Positions 1 through 12,643 of a stretch of DNA of 63,692 nt are shown piece after piece. The notes under the pieces are model-generated. The model saw nothing but the letters and a program-made list of their open reading frames with translations, did no database searches and was not told where the DNA came from. This stretch comes from Octopus bimaculoides (taxonomy: Eukaryota): NCBI RefSeq assembly GCF_001194135.2, contig NC_068985.1, forward strand, positions 109,824,444-109,888,135. Reading direction: 5' to 3'. The position numbers were made by a program, and so were the translations under genes. The first letter of the stretch is position 1, and each line of letters starts with the position of its first letter.

Positions 1-238
1 CTCTCTCTCTCTATCTCTCTCTCTCTTCCTCTCAGAACCTTTGTTATACAGTATCATTCTCTCATCACAATCTTCTTTATATTTTCCGATCTCTTTTCTG
101 TTTCTTTTCACCCTTCTTTTTCTCTTTTTTTTATCTCTCTCGTCTTTCTTCTTCCTCTGTTTCTCCCCCCCCCCCTCTCTTTTTTTCTCTCACTCTCTCT
201 TGGTGTTATTAACCAAAAACAAAACAATTGTTATTCAG

Positions 239-342
239 GAACTTCCATGTATGGAATGAGGCTCATATGGCTCGTCCTGACTTGAAGGACGGCTACGGTG
301 GCTGGCAGGCCTGTGATGCCACTCCTCAAGAAACCAGTGACG
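239..342 (+). CDS. Transglutaminase exon with catalytic His (NFHVW) and Asp (DATPQE)
   Basis: ttattcag|G acceptor; (W)[34 protein letters not shown](G); G|gtaagt donor; phase 2 to 1. Confidence 0.96.
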
Positions 343-3300
343 GTAAGTTTTTTTCTCTATACCACATCCCTTTTCTTCTTATCATCTTCGTCATCGCTGT
401 TATTGTTGAGCACAAGTCAGCCCTGATCAAGTAGATCTATAATCAAATGCATTTCACTCAAATGATCATCTCACCTATTTCCTATGTGTAGAAAACCCCA
501 AGTCTACCTACATTATCCAATGCAGTTTTTTCTAAGAGAGAGCTGAGGTGTAATTTGAGTTTTGGTTGCCATATTTAATAAGTAGAAGCTTGTTCATCAA
601 TTTGCATTTTTGTTGGTGTCGTCATTATGTATATTGTTGTTGTTGGCACTCCGTCGCTCACGACGTTGAGGCTTCCAGTTGATCCGATCAACGGAACAGC
701 CCACTCGTGAAATTAACGTCCAAGTGGCTGAGTACTGCACAGACACGTGTACCCTTAACGTAGTTCTCGGGGATATTCAGCGTGACACAGTGTGACAAGG
801 CTGGCCCTTTGAAATACAGGTACAACAAAAACAGGAAGTAAGAGTGAGAGAAAGTTGTGGTGAAAGGGTACAGCAGGGTTCGCCACCATCCCTTGCCGGA
901 GCCTCGTGGAGCTTTAGGTGTTTTCGCTCAATAAACACTCACAATGCCCGGTCTGGGAATCGAAACCGCGTTACTATGACCGCAAGTCCGCTGCCCTAAC
1001 CATTGGGCCATTGTGTATGATGTCACTGTTAACAAGTTCCTTAGTGTTGCTGTAATAATTTTGTTTCCTTTTGTATAGTAACTTTTATTGGTGGTTCAAC
1101 ACAAATTCATTACCTAGTCATCAATTCATTCATACTCGATTACAAATTTCCATTAGTTAACAAGTAGGCTTTATTATGCAACCGTTTCTAAAGCCCATTT
1201 CTCCAGTATTTCACCTTTGTTCATCAGGAAAACACCATATTCGATATATGCTCATGATTTGTACGATGTTACTCTTTGCTACTTATCAAATAAATTTCGG
1301 CTGGATCAAGCTTTTCGCACGCCAGCAAATTTACAACTTGTAGTCATATATCAGAGTTCGAAATGTTTTTTGAAGTGCTCTAACCCTGAAATTCAGAGTT
1401 CACATAGGTACTCACCATGAAGCGAGTACTGTTTGATCAATTCATAATCAACTCGTAGGATATTATTCTCTTCCATTTTGAGCAATTGATTGTAGTATTT
1501 ATATTTGCTGTAGTTGTTTAACAGATTTGGCCTGAGTGATGCCCTATGACATTCAAATGTCATTTCTACTGCTCTTGAGCCTCTTCCTCCTTTTTATATT
1601 CTTTCTATACTTGCATGTATAACATACCCATGTTGTGATTTCAGGAATTTACTGTTGCGGTCCCTGTCCAGTGAAAGCAATTAAGATTGGAGACACAACT
1701 GCTTTGTACGATGCTCCATTCATCTTCGCCGAAGTGAACGCAGATAAGGTTAGCTGGATCAAAACGGCTGACGGAAATTACAAGAGTTATATACAGAATG
1801 GCGAGTATGTATTCCTATTTCTCTTGCCATTATTATTTTATTTAAACATCAGTTTACATTTCGTCCGTTATCTTGCCCAAGCCTTGTTTTGAATTCTTTA
1901 AATATCGAACGAAGAGCCAAGCGGATGCGTTTTATTCTTGATAAGACTGAATTCAATATAGTACCAGAAAGTTTGAAGTAAACTTTCTTGTTGGGCGATT
2001 TTTCACCAATTTTGTAGAAATTCGACTTAAATACTTACACATGAGTATAAATAAGATTTGACCATTTCTCGCCTTGATAGCTTTCTGTAACTCTGAATAA
2101 GAAATATTTCTCTTGCAACTCGGTAGAGTAGCTCAAACTAAGAAGTGCTACGTTAAAAGTAATTATGATACTTAATCTATAAACATCCGTACTCAAATAC
2201 CAAATATCTACAGGTAGTTGACGTCAGACCTTTTCTGGACGTTTGCTGCATCGACTAAACGATTTTTTCACAATTATATTTCTATCCACCTATACGATCC
2301 TAATTTTGATTAAACAGTATAAAGTGCATATAGCAGTACTTGTACGAATTACGCATGGTAGCATTTATTGTACGTTTGAGCTCTATGTTTCTTTCTCCCT
2401 TGAGGCAATTTGAATTATATAACATTACAAGAAGCATTGGTTTCTCTTTCTTTCTATATTTCTCTTTTTATCTGCCCAGAATTGGTAAAAAGATCAGTAC
2501 CAAGAGTGTGCTGAAGAACGAAAGGAATGACGTCACTTGTGAATATAAATGTGCAGAAGGTAAGAATGCTTAATCTTCTTCAGTTCTGGCATTCAAGATG
2601 AAATACGAATTGGGTTATACCACTACTGACTGGGTTATACCACTACAGATTGGTTTATACCAGCTACAGGGTTACTAACCATACACCTCATTACTACAAT
2701 CAATACGATTACGTCAACTATACATTATATATAAGCTGGACCTCTTCCTGTCGAGAGGACCAGGTGCAAATGATGGTAGCTACATCAAACCCCATTCTTC
2801 ACCAAGTGCCACATATTGGAGGAGGCTATCAGGAATAACAGTGCAGCAAAACGGCGCTAAGTTACGGGGATGTAAACACACCAGCATCGGTTGTCAAGCG
2901 ATGTTGGGGGGACAAACACAGACACACAAACATATACACACATACATATATATATATAAATATACATATATACGACGGGCTTCTTTCAGTTTCCGTCTAC
3001 CAAATCCACTCGGCCTGAGGCTATAGTAGAAGACACTTGCCCAAGGTGTCACGAAGTGGGAATGAACCCAGAACCTGTTGGATCTAGTTATTACAATGGA
3101 ATAGCTAACGCTTTAAATATGTACAATATTCGATGTCCAGATCTCTGAGCAGTAAATGAGTATCATATAGTGTTGCAGTCAACTTAGACGTAGATAGGTG
3201 TAAAATTATTGCATTCGTTTTTACTCGTTTTGTTAACTCGATGAGATAATTTCTCCACCTTAGCACCCACACTGGTAGAAAGTACATTTAATGATAATCA

Positions 3301-5721
3301 TTAATGTACAGGGACAATGTAGATTTTAAAATGTGTGTATGTCCGAATGCTGATTATTCTGTTTCTCTTCAGCGCAGAGGTTTGTCGATGAGTTGCAACT
3401 TATTCAAGAGCAAAGACATCTTATAACATTCTGTATTTTTATAAGATTTCTCCGCTTTGTGATTCATCTTAAGATATTACATAACAGCATTACCTGATTT
3501 CTCTTTATGTAGCATACTGCATGATTGTAAACACGAGATATCAAGCAAACTCTTAAAAGTTTTAATTTGTTTCAACATTCAGGTTCTGCAGCCGAACGTG
3601 CAGCGGTATTCCGCGCTGTCAATACTGCAGCTGTCCGTACTGCTGCCTACAAGCAAGGTCCTGAGGTAAGTAATTAGGCGATGATTGTCACAGATTCACA
3701 GATTCAATCTAAGCAACAAACATAGCTTAGACCAACATACCAAGCCACTGTACAAATAACAATAAGTAACATAAAGTCAAAATATCTGAGTAAATAAGCT
3801 ATCATATAATATAGATATACATACGAGTCCAGGGATCAGCTACTCCATATCAGTTTTGTTCCATCTGTGAGCAAAACAACTTAATTTTCAAAAACTCTCG
3901 TTCACTTAGTCATAGTAGACAGTTCTAAGAATTTTAATAACTGTTAGTTTTTATTGATCGGAAAGCTTGATTGTCAACAGACAATCTGGTAATACGTTGT
4001 TATGTCATGAAACATTTCGGTTGGAAATTCGCAAGCTAAAAATGGTGAAAAGCTTTGATAATGTCAAGCACGACAACATTACTTGCACAAAATTTCTCCA
4101 GAGTGAGAGCCCACTGGGGAGTGACTGAAGACTGTAGACTACCAGAGGATTTGGTTTCACAGAAATCTTCCTAGTAGTCATTAAAGAGAGATATTCAAAG
4201 TAGTAGAGGAAGTCGTTGTTAAAGACTGATTATATTTCTTTAAATATATTAGAATTGATTCGATAGGACGATTATATGCAGAATTAAAGTGGGTAACTTT
4301 CTTGGAAATGGAGCATACTCTGCAGATCATTGTACAGAGAAAAGCAATGAGGTGTTTAGAAATGTGGGGATTCACTCAGTAGTGCAATGATTCCGTTAAA
4401 AGCAAAACAATGATTCCGTTAAAAACATTAAGCGTCAGAAACGGCGTAATGATTCTGTTAAAAGTAAAACAAGGGAGCGTCGTCAGGACTTGTGACTTCG
4501 CTTGTTTTGAAGTAACAGAATGTACTTTCACTATAGGTATTCAAGGCGTTGGTCTTAAAAGTTCAGAAGGGAATAACTTTCATAGAAATTTGATGAGTGT
4601 TTGGAAATTTTTATTTCTACTAGGGCAAAGGCCCCACAACCAAAGTTGTTAAGTGGAAGGAGAGAGCATTTTTCAAAGTTGGAGGAAATACTTTTGGATA
4701 AGAGCCAAAACTATCGATTGCAATTTGAAAGGTGGGATAGCTTAAACGGCTGTAATATGCACTAAGTGACATTTTGCAGTTCGAGTGGATAAATGCTCAC
4801 CTAATGTTTGTGATGGGTGGAGTTTCCTAAGTTTTTGCCAAATGTTCTAGTCCTTCCTTCATGTTTGAACAACTTCGGCATAACTATGAGTCAACCACTT
4901 GGTGGATTCGGAGACAGGAGTTTTGTTACATGGAGGATGTGGAAGAAGAGACAAGTCTAAGAGTATAGTTTAAGTCTAGACCTTCCAAGTAAATCAGGAA
5001 TGAAGCATATATACTGCCATGAACATATAGCATAAAACTGGTAGCTCCTTGACCGATCGGTTGAATTGACGGATCATGCATGATATGTGAATGTGTGTTA
5101 ACAGGAGTTTTGTTACATGGAGGATGTGGAAGAAAGGACAAGTCTAAGAGTATAGTTTAAGTCTAGACCTTCCAAGTAAATCAGGAATGAAGCACATATA
5201 CTGCCATGAACGTATAGCATAAAACTGGTAGCTCCTTGACCGATCGACTGAATTGACGGATCATGCATGATATGTGAATGTGTATTAGGCGGTTGCAATG
5301 AGGCAGTAGTCATTGCAGTGTTGAGGTATAGATTAAGTTTGAAGTAGCAAAAGGATTAAGGTTGTTTGGAACATCTCATTACAAAAGAGTGCTGAAAAGT
5401 CCTGGCTGGAAGTCAGCCTTCCGAGTTCTTTTAGAGAGCTTAGAAAAACTGAAGAATCACTGCAATAAATGTGTAAATCTGAGAGGGGATTACGTTGAAT
5501 AAAGCCATGATTATCTTATCCTTCTGTATTTTCTTTTCCCAAAACCATGAACTTTCAAGTACCCCTCGTACATGTATATTACGGCATTCGTGTCATTATA
5601 TACATATGTGTGTGCGTGTATGTGTGTGGGTTTATGTATGGGATGTATGTATGTATGTATATATTTATATATACGTATTTACATACACATAATTACCACA
5701 CACACACACACTCACACACAC

Positions 5722-5773
<52 letters not shown>

Positions 5774-6553
5774 CATATATGTAACATATATGGAGTGTAT
5801 GTTCGTAAACATATACGTATAAAAATATATACATATGTATATCTTATCATAATATATATTTACATATATACATATCTTTTGACACACAGGACATGAAATT
5901 CGAATTAGACGTCGATTTTGATACCATGTTCGGTTGTGATGTCCTTGTCAAGGTGAAGATGCAAAACACTTCAAATGAAGTTCGAAACGTTGGTGGCAGC
6001 ATTTCCGCCATTTCTGTCTTCTATACTGGTGTCAAAGCAAATGAGATAAACAAAAGCAAGATCAACTGCACTGTTCAGCCTAAATCAGGTAAGTATTCAC
6101 AATACTTCTTTCTTGTATCACTTGGATCACACCCGATTGAACAGCCCAACGATCAACTGCATTTCGGCTGCGGTCATCCCGTCTCTCTAAATCTGCATGA
6201 AATGGTGACTGAGCGTTAATCTGAAAATAGTCAGCAGAATACTGACTCTTGTCCTCTTTTACAGCTGGAGTTGCTGAATTACTGCTTTCATTTAATGATT
6301 ACTACAATACTTTGGTTGATCACTGTGGTATCCATTTGACTGCCGTAACTTTCGTGAAGGAGACTAATCAGTATTGTGTCATAGAAGAAGACTTCAGATT
6401 GCGAAAACCGGAAGTTACTCTTAAGGTGAGCTGGAAATGGATAACAATAATTTATAACTATCTATTGCATTAACATACCTAACAATTTCTCACTCTTTTC
6501 TCTTTCTCCCTAGCTGTCTGTTTCTCTCTCTCTCCCTCTCTCTCTCCCTCCCC

Positions 6554-6615
<62 letters not shown>

Positions 6616-7349
6616 NNNNNNNNNNNNNNNNNNNNNNNNNNNNNNNNNNNNNNNNNNNNNNNNNNNNNNNNNNNNNNNNNNNNNNNNNNNNNNNNNNNNN
6701 NNNNNNNNNNNNNNNNNNNNNNNNNNNNNNNNNNNNNNNNNNNNNNNNNNNNNNNNNNNNNNNNNNNNNNNNNNNNNNNNNNNNNNNNNNNNNNNNNNNN
6801 NNNNNNNNNNNNNNNNNNNNNNNNNNNNNNNNNNNNNNNNNNNNNNNNNNNNNNNNNNNNNNNNNNNNNNNNNNNNNNNNNNNNNNNNNNNNNNNNNNNN
6901 NNNNNNNNNNNNNNNNNNNNNNNNNNNNNNNNNNNNNNNNNNNNNNNNNNNNNNNNNNNNNNNNNNNNNNNNNNNNNNNNNNNNNNNNNNNNNNNNNNNN
7001 NNNNNNNNNNNNNNNNNNNNNNNNNNNNNNNNNNNNNNNNNNNNNNNNNNNNNNNNNNNNNNNNNNNNNNNNNNNNNNNNNNNNNNNNNNNNNNNNNNNN
7101 NNNNNNNNNNNNNNNNNNNNNNNNNNNNNNNNNNNNNNNNNNNNNNNNNNNNNNNNNNNNNNNNNNNNNNNNNNNNNNNNNNNNNNNNNNNNNNNNNNNN
7201 NNNNNNNNNNNNNNNNNNNNNNNNNNNNNNNNNNNNNNNNNNNNNNNNNNNNNNNNNNNNNNNNNNNNNNNNNNNNNNNNNNNNNNNNNNNNNNNNNNNN
7301 NNNNNNNNNNNNNNNNNNNNNNNNNNNNNNNNNNNNNNNNNNNNNNNNN

Positions 7350-7391
<42 letters not shown>

Positions 7392-8757
7392 ACACACACA
7401 CACACACATACACACACACACACATACACACACATATATATATATATGACGGACCCTCCCGAGCACTCGCTAACGATGTGCCATACCGTTTCACCCCTCT
7501 CACCACACATTCTGCATTTTTCGCTGTCGGTAGTGTTGCCTATTCTGCACTTCGCATAGTCGGTCCTTAACGTTTACTCTTGAGCTGCGCATATGAGTGT
7601 TTTTATCTCTATCTTCAGGTCACACCTCGTCGTCCATAACCACCGGTTCTCTCTATCTGTCTTGGCATTCACATCTCTTGCAAACTGACCGTACAGTTTC
7701 TTTTCCTTCCATACATTTTTCTTTTTTCGTATTCGTTTCTTGTTTAAATTTTTCATTCATCACAGCAATTTTTCTGCTTTGATGACGCTAGCCTTCTTCG
7801 TATGTTTCAACAATGGCTTCACAGCATTTTTTATATACCACACTAAGCTGTTTTCCTCTGCTTCGATACAGTCTTGACAATTGATCAAACCTCTCCCACC
7901 CTTTCTTCTGGACAAGTACAGCCTATCGGTGTCACTCTTAGGGTGGAAGGCTCCGTGTACTATCAATATTCTTCTTATTATTATTATTATTATTATCATT
8001 ATTATTATTATTGTTCAGTAGTTTTATTTTTATAACGTGCTTTCACTTCACTACCGAGCGCAGCTCTGTGCGCCTTGGGTATGTGCTGTGGTTTGCTGTC
8101 GTGCTCTTATGTTTACTGTATTGAAAGTGTTTTGCGTAGAATGTGTGCAGTACCCAGTAGTGCAATTTTCTGTATGTTATATATATTTGTAAGTCCTATT
8201 GTTTTTGTTATGTATTTGGCTGAATATTTTTTTATTATACCTAAGGCACCTACTATGATAGGAATTGTTTCNNNNNNNNNNNNNNNNNNNNNNNNNNNNN
8301 NNNNNNNNNNNNNNNNNNNNNNNNNNNNNNNNNNNNNNNNNNNNNNNNNNNNNNNNNNNNNNNNNNNNNNNNNNNNNNNNNNNNNNNNNNNNNNNNNNNN
8401 NNNNNNNNNNNNNNNNNNNNNNNNNNNNNNNNNNNNNNNNNNNNNNNNNNNNNNNNNNNNNNNNNNNNNNNNNNNNNNNNNNNNNNNNNNNNNNNNNNNN
8501 NNNNNNNNNNNNNNNNNNNNNNNNNNNNNNNNNNNNNNNNNNNNNNNNNNNNNNNNNNNNNNNNNNNNNNNNNNNNNNNNNNNNNNNNNNNNNNNNNNNN
8601 NNNNNNNNNNNNNNNNNNNNNNNNNNNNNNNNNNNNNNNNNNNNNNNNNNNNNNNNNNNNNNNNNNNNNNNNNNNNNNNNNNNNNNNNNNNNNNNNNNNN
8701 NNNNNTATATATATATATATGTATGTGTATATATGTATGTGTATATATGTATGTATG

Positions 8758-8805
<48 letters not shown>

Positions 8806-8851
8806 CATACACATATATATATATATATATATATAGTTATATATACATATG

Positions 8852-8888
<37 letters not shown>

Positions 8889-9269
8889 GCCTATGTGAAT
8901 CATGAATATTGATTTCCGTGGAGAAATATTTTAGGAGTAGAATTAGTATTTTAACTGCTATTTCTATACTTTCGGTATGTTAGTGAAGCAAATTTTGCTG
9001 ATCCCTTAATTATGTTTATAATTATAAAAGTTTTACCTGTAATGTCTTTCTTTTTGCATACCGAACTACTTGGTAAAATTATTAATTATTAATATATTAA
9101 TTAATAATTCTGTGCCATATATATATATATATATATTTATTTATATTTATGTGTTTCAGCCAAGTGGCTGCGGTCATGCTGGTGCACCACCATGTAATTA
9201 TATATATAATTATATATATATATATGTATATATATGTAATTATATATATAATTATATATATATATATAG

Positions 9270-9361
<92 letters not shown>

Positions 9362-10276
9362 ACATAAGGATCAATTAATTATGATTTTGTTCAACATGTA
9401 GCGGTCCTTCACTTAATGTAGTGGTCCTTCATTTGATGTAGGGGGTCCGTCACTTTTTCTAAACCTTGTAAAAGAACTCGGAAGTTTGGGCCTCCAACCA
9501 GTCCTTTTGTGACACGCCAGGAACAATTCAATATCCCTTCGTATCTGATCAAGAGCTACGGAAGGATGAAGATGACAGTAGATGAAATTTAGGTTGTTGT
9601 AGTGAAACGAAAACACCAAATAGTTTCGTAATCAGATTATTTAAGAAGAACGTTACGCTTAGCTTTGAGAAAGAATTTAAAATAAAAGAACAAAATTAAG
9701 AACATGGCCACCACTGAAAATCATTTAAAATGTCCTGAAATTAAAGCAATACAGTTTGGTAGAAAGACTTAATAAAGATTCCACACGGATAAATAACTGT
9801 ATTATTGAAAATAGAAAACCCAATTTAATTTAAAAGCCATGCTTTTACATCATCAAATTGGAATTTGGTTCCATCATTTCGACTGGAATTTGCCATCATC
9901 TGAGTTTCGTTTAGTTCCAATCAATCCAATCTCTCACAATATTCTTTAAAAACTGGAAAATTATTTATTGTTGTATCTCGGGAGGATCATTGTGCCAATA
10001 ATAAACACGAGTGTTGTTTCTATTTTACCTATTTTATCATTAGTAGTCAATGCGTTAACGTTTAACCAATGCCCCAATTAGTTGTATGATAAAACGATCG
10101 GTCCCTGAATCAATCGGCTCGGTTTGTCGAAGTACTTTTGTTATCATTTGTGATCTCATCAGTAACATACCCTCTCTACTCCAATAATGTATAAAATTGA
10201 TTGTGTTTAGTAAATAAATTCTATGCCAAAAATTGAAGACATTGCATGTGACAGGTGTTTGAATCTTTCTAGTTAT

Positions 10277-10339
<63 letters not shown>

Positions 10340-10780
10340 NNNNNNNNNNNNNNNNNNNNNNNNNNNNNNNNNNNNNNNNNNNNNNNNNNNNNNNNNNNNN
10401 NNNNNNNNNNNNNNNNNNNNNNNNNNNNNNNNNNNNNNNNNNNNNNNNNNNNNNNNNNNNNNNNNNNNNNNNNNNNNNNNNNNNNNNNNNNNNNNNNNNN
10501 NNNNNNNNNNNNNNNNNNNNNNNNNNNNNNNNNNNNNNNNNNNNNNNNNNNNNNNNNNNNNNNNNNNNNNNNNNNNNNNNNNNNNNNNNNNNNNNNNNNN
10601 NNNNNNNNNNNNNNNNNNNNNNNNNNNNNNNNNNNNNNNNNNNNNNNNNNNNNNNNNNNNNNNNNNNNNNNNNNNNNNNNNNNNNNNNNNNNNNNNNNNN
10701 NNNNNNNNNNNNNNNNNNNNNNNNNNNNNNNNNNNNNNNNNNNNNNNNNNNNNNNNNNNNNNNNNNNNNNNNNNNNNNNN

Positions 10781-10815
<35 letters not shown>

Positions 10816-11074
10816 CGTGCGTGCGTGTGTGTGTGTGCGTGTGTGCTCTCGCGCGCGCGTATGTGTTTGTGTGTGTGTGTGTGTGTGTTTGGGAGAGAGA
10901 GAATGTGTGTCTGTATGTGCCTGTGTGTATACGTGCATATCTGTGTGCGTGTATTGATGCCTTCGTATGTGTACCTGGTTGTGCAAGTGCTTATATTTCT
11001 ATGTGTCTGCGTATAAATAGAGAGAGAGTAGCATGCAATGAGTGACAGTACGAGTGAGCGGCTATACTTGAGAC

Positions 11075-11105
<31 letters not shown>

Positions 11106-11316
11106 TTAATGCGGAAATGTTTTGTGTCATATTTACATATCCTTATTTATTTTTCTTTATTTCTACACTTACAGCGATGTCAAACCAAACGAGACGTTCC
11201 ATACATCTCTGAAGCTGACGCCGGTACGCGTTGGGAAACGTACTGTTTGTGTAGGATTCACCTCTCAACAGTTGGCCGGTCTCGAACAAGAGTGTGACAT
11301 AGAAGTAACAGAGTAA
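239..11316 (+). CDS. Transglutaminase (protein-glutamine gamma-glutamyltransferase) gene, 3' part; spliced join 239-342, 1645-1804, 2480-2559, 3583-3665, 5890-6088, 6265-6425, [missing exon], 11175-11316
   Basis: Exons have AG/GT boundaries with compatible phases and read WNFHVWNE...[10 protein letters not shown]...[10 protein letters not shown]...FAEVNAD...[10 protein letters not shown]...EGSAAER, the conserved transglutaminase core, followed by two C-terminal beta-barrel domains. The 5' exons, including the catalytic Cys, lie upstream of the window. Confidence 0.96.
634..1015 (-). mobile_element. tRNA-derived SINE, family A (about 380 bp, (CAA)n tail)
   Basis: tRNA-like head with A/B boxes and a 3' GACGGAGTGCCA(ACA)n tail; near-identical copies at 21529-21902 and 58636-59080. 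Confidence 0.9.
1645..1804 (+). CDS. Transglutaminase core-domain exon
   Basis: gatttcag|GA; (G)[52 protein letters not shown](E); GA|gtatgt; phase 1 to 2. Confidence 0.95.
2480..2559 (+). CDS. Transglutaminase core-domain exon
   Basis: tttatctgcccag|A; [26 protein letters not shown](G); G|gtaaga; phase 2 to 1. Confidence 0.94.
2846..3076 (-). mobile_element. tRNA-derived SINE, family B (CORE-like), partial
   Basis: Shares TTGGGCAAGTGTCTTCTACTATAGCC...GACGGAAACTGAAAGAAGCCCGTCG...CATCGCTTGACAACCGATGCTGG with the copy at 25675-26067. Confidence 0.85.
3583..3665 (+). CDS. Transglutaminase exon (end of core, linker)
   Basis: aacattcag|GT; (G)[27 protein letters not shown]; GAG|gtaagt; phase 1 to 0; not in the ORF track because it is under 60 aa. 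Confidence 0.9.
3950..5330 (-). mobile_element. Highly degenerate CR1/L2-like LINE remnant (RT and endonuclease fragments)
   Basis: Minus-strand fragments [10 protein letters not shown] (RT DxSKAFD motif, about 4040-4075) and [16 protein letters not shown] (PKKG...NYRPI motif, about 4260-4310); many stops and frameshifts; boundaries approximate. Confidence 0.5.
4914..5287. repeat. Two tandem copies of a 187-bp unit
   Basis: 4914-5100 and 5101-5287 align end to end with about 7 substitutions. Confidence 0.95.
5890..6088 (+). CDS. Transglutaminase C-terminal barrel 1 exon
   Basis: cacacag|GAC; [66 protein letters not shown]; G|gtaagt; phase 0 to 1. Confidence 0.93.
6265..6425 (+). CDS. Transglutaminase C-terminal barrel 1 exon
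   Basis: ctcttttacag|CT; (A)[53 protein letters not shown]; AAG|gtgagc; phase 1 to 0. Confidence 0.93.
7448..7974 (-). mobile_element. Dong/R4-clade (RLE-type) non-LTR retrotransposon internal fragment
   Basis: [37 protein letters not shown]...WLW...LICAAQE and [15 protein letters not shown] (CCHC knuckle), in three frames. Confidence 0.85.
7975..8271 (-). mobile_element. Dong/R4-clade retrotransposon 3' end with (TAA)n tail
   Basis: [13 protein letters not shown]...[20 protein letters not shown]-stop (8113-8271), about 100 bp of 3' UTR, then (TAA)n at 7975-8012; 5' side runs into a gap. Confidence 0.85.
11175..11316 (+). CDS. Transglutaminase terminal coding exon (barrel 2)
   Basis: tttctacacttacag|C acceptor (phase 2); [46 protein letters not shown]-stop, resembling the P..G.R.L...F.S.QL end of transglutaminases. 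Confidence 0.88.
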
Positions 11317-11632
11317 TAGCCGAGCTTCATACAACTCGACACTTCAGACGTGATTATATCGAAATTAAAATAGGGTGTATACTCATACCATATAACAGAT
11401 ACGTAGACTTAAAAACTAGACACGCACATGCACACACGCACACATGCACACAGAAAAATAAACACAAGCACGTACACATGCACACACATACACACACACG
11501 CACACACGCACAAACACACACGTACATACTCGGAGAGAAACAAATATACGCACAAGTAAACGCATACAAATATGTATATGTATATATCTACCTAAACGTA
11601 TACATATATGTACATATATATGCATGGATGTG

Positions 11633-12229
11633 ATTAATGAGCGAGACGAAAGATTAGACACACGAGAATCTTTACTGATCACAACAATTGTTTCATGCCA
11701 TCTAGCATCGATCACTCGCCAGTGGGATACCAGACATCTGGTTCAGATGTATCCCTTGGAGTAGGTATGACTCTTCAGGTAATTTCAAGCGGTATCTCGT
11801 TAAAATAAACCGCTTCACAAGATTCCTTCTTGGTCTTTTGTATATAGAAATGGCAAATTAAGGGAATACAGCTTCATTCTTATGTAAAATCCATAACAAA
11901 GATCAGATACAAAGCGAAACAAATATGCACTACAGTGAGAAAAGTGTTAGCTATAACTGTTAGTAGATATGAATATACACTCGCTCGCACATATATATCC
12001 TTTAATTTACTATTTCTGTATACGAAGACCAGGAAGGAAACTTGCGACATAGTTTATTTTAGCAAGATAGTTCTTGAAATCACCCGAGGAGAGACACCTA
12101 CACCGAGGTATGCACCTAAACCAGGTGTACTGTATCCCATTTGTGAAGGATCGATGCTAGATGAGCCGAAAGATTTGCCAAGATTAATAAAGATTCTCGT
12201 ATCTTCCATGTTCCATCTCGCACGTTAAT
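11633..12229. repeat. Degenerate long inverted repeat (arms about 11633-11868 and 11996-12229)
   Basis: Colinear alignment of the left arm with the reverse complement of the right arm, e.g. GAGAATCTTTA, CATCTAGCATCGATC, TGGGATAC, ATTTCAAG, AAAATAAAC, TTCCTTC.TGGTCTT, AGAAAT...AAATTAA. Confidence 0.9.
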
Positions 12230-12579
12230 GATATACCTAACGAATACTGGGCCAGTGAACGTGCTTTGCAGGCAAATTACCGTGTCTATATCATATAATT
12301 CATTAACCAATAAATATATATGCATGTATGTGAGTGTGTGTGTGTGTGTGTGTGCGCGCATGTGTGGTGTGTGTAGTTATATATAAATATACATATACAT
12401 ATAAGCTATAGGCACAAATATACGCACAAGTAGATATACAATTATGTATACTATTACATTTACACATACAAATATATGTACATAATCGCATACACATACA
12501 AACACATATGTGTGTGTATATGTGTATATATATATATGTATATCGATTCATAGACATATATACACACATATGCACATAA

Positions 12580-12643
<64 letters not shown>

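Noticed and set aside
11935-12228. 97-aa ORF that could be an alternative last transglutaminase exon (phase-2 acceptor at 12062)
   Set aside because: It has no similarity to barrel 2 and coincides with the right arm of the inverted repeat, which explains its composition.
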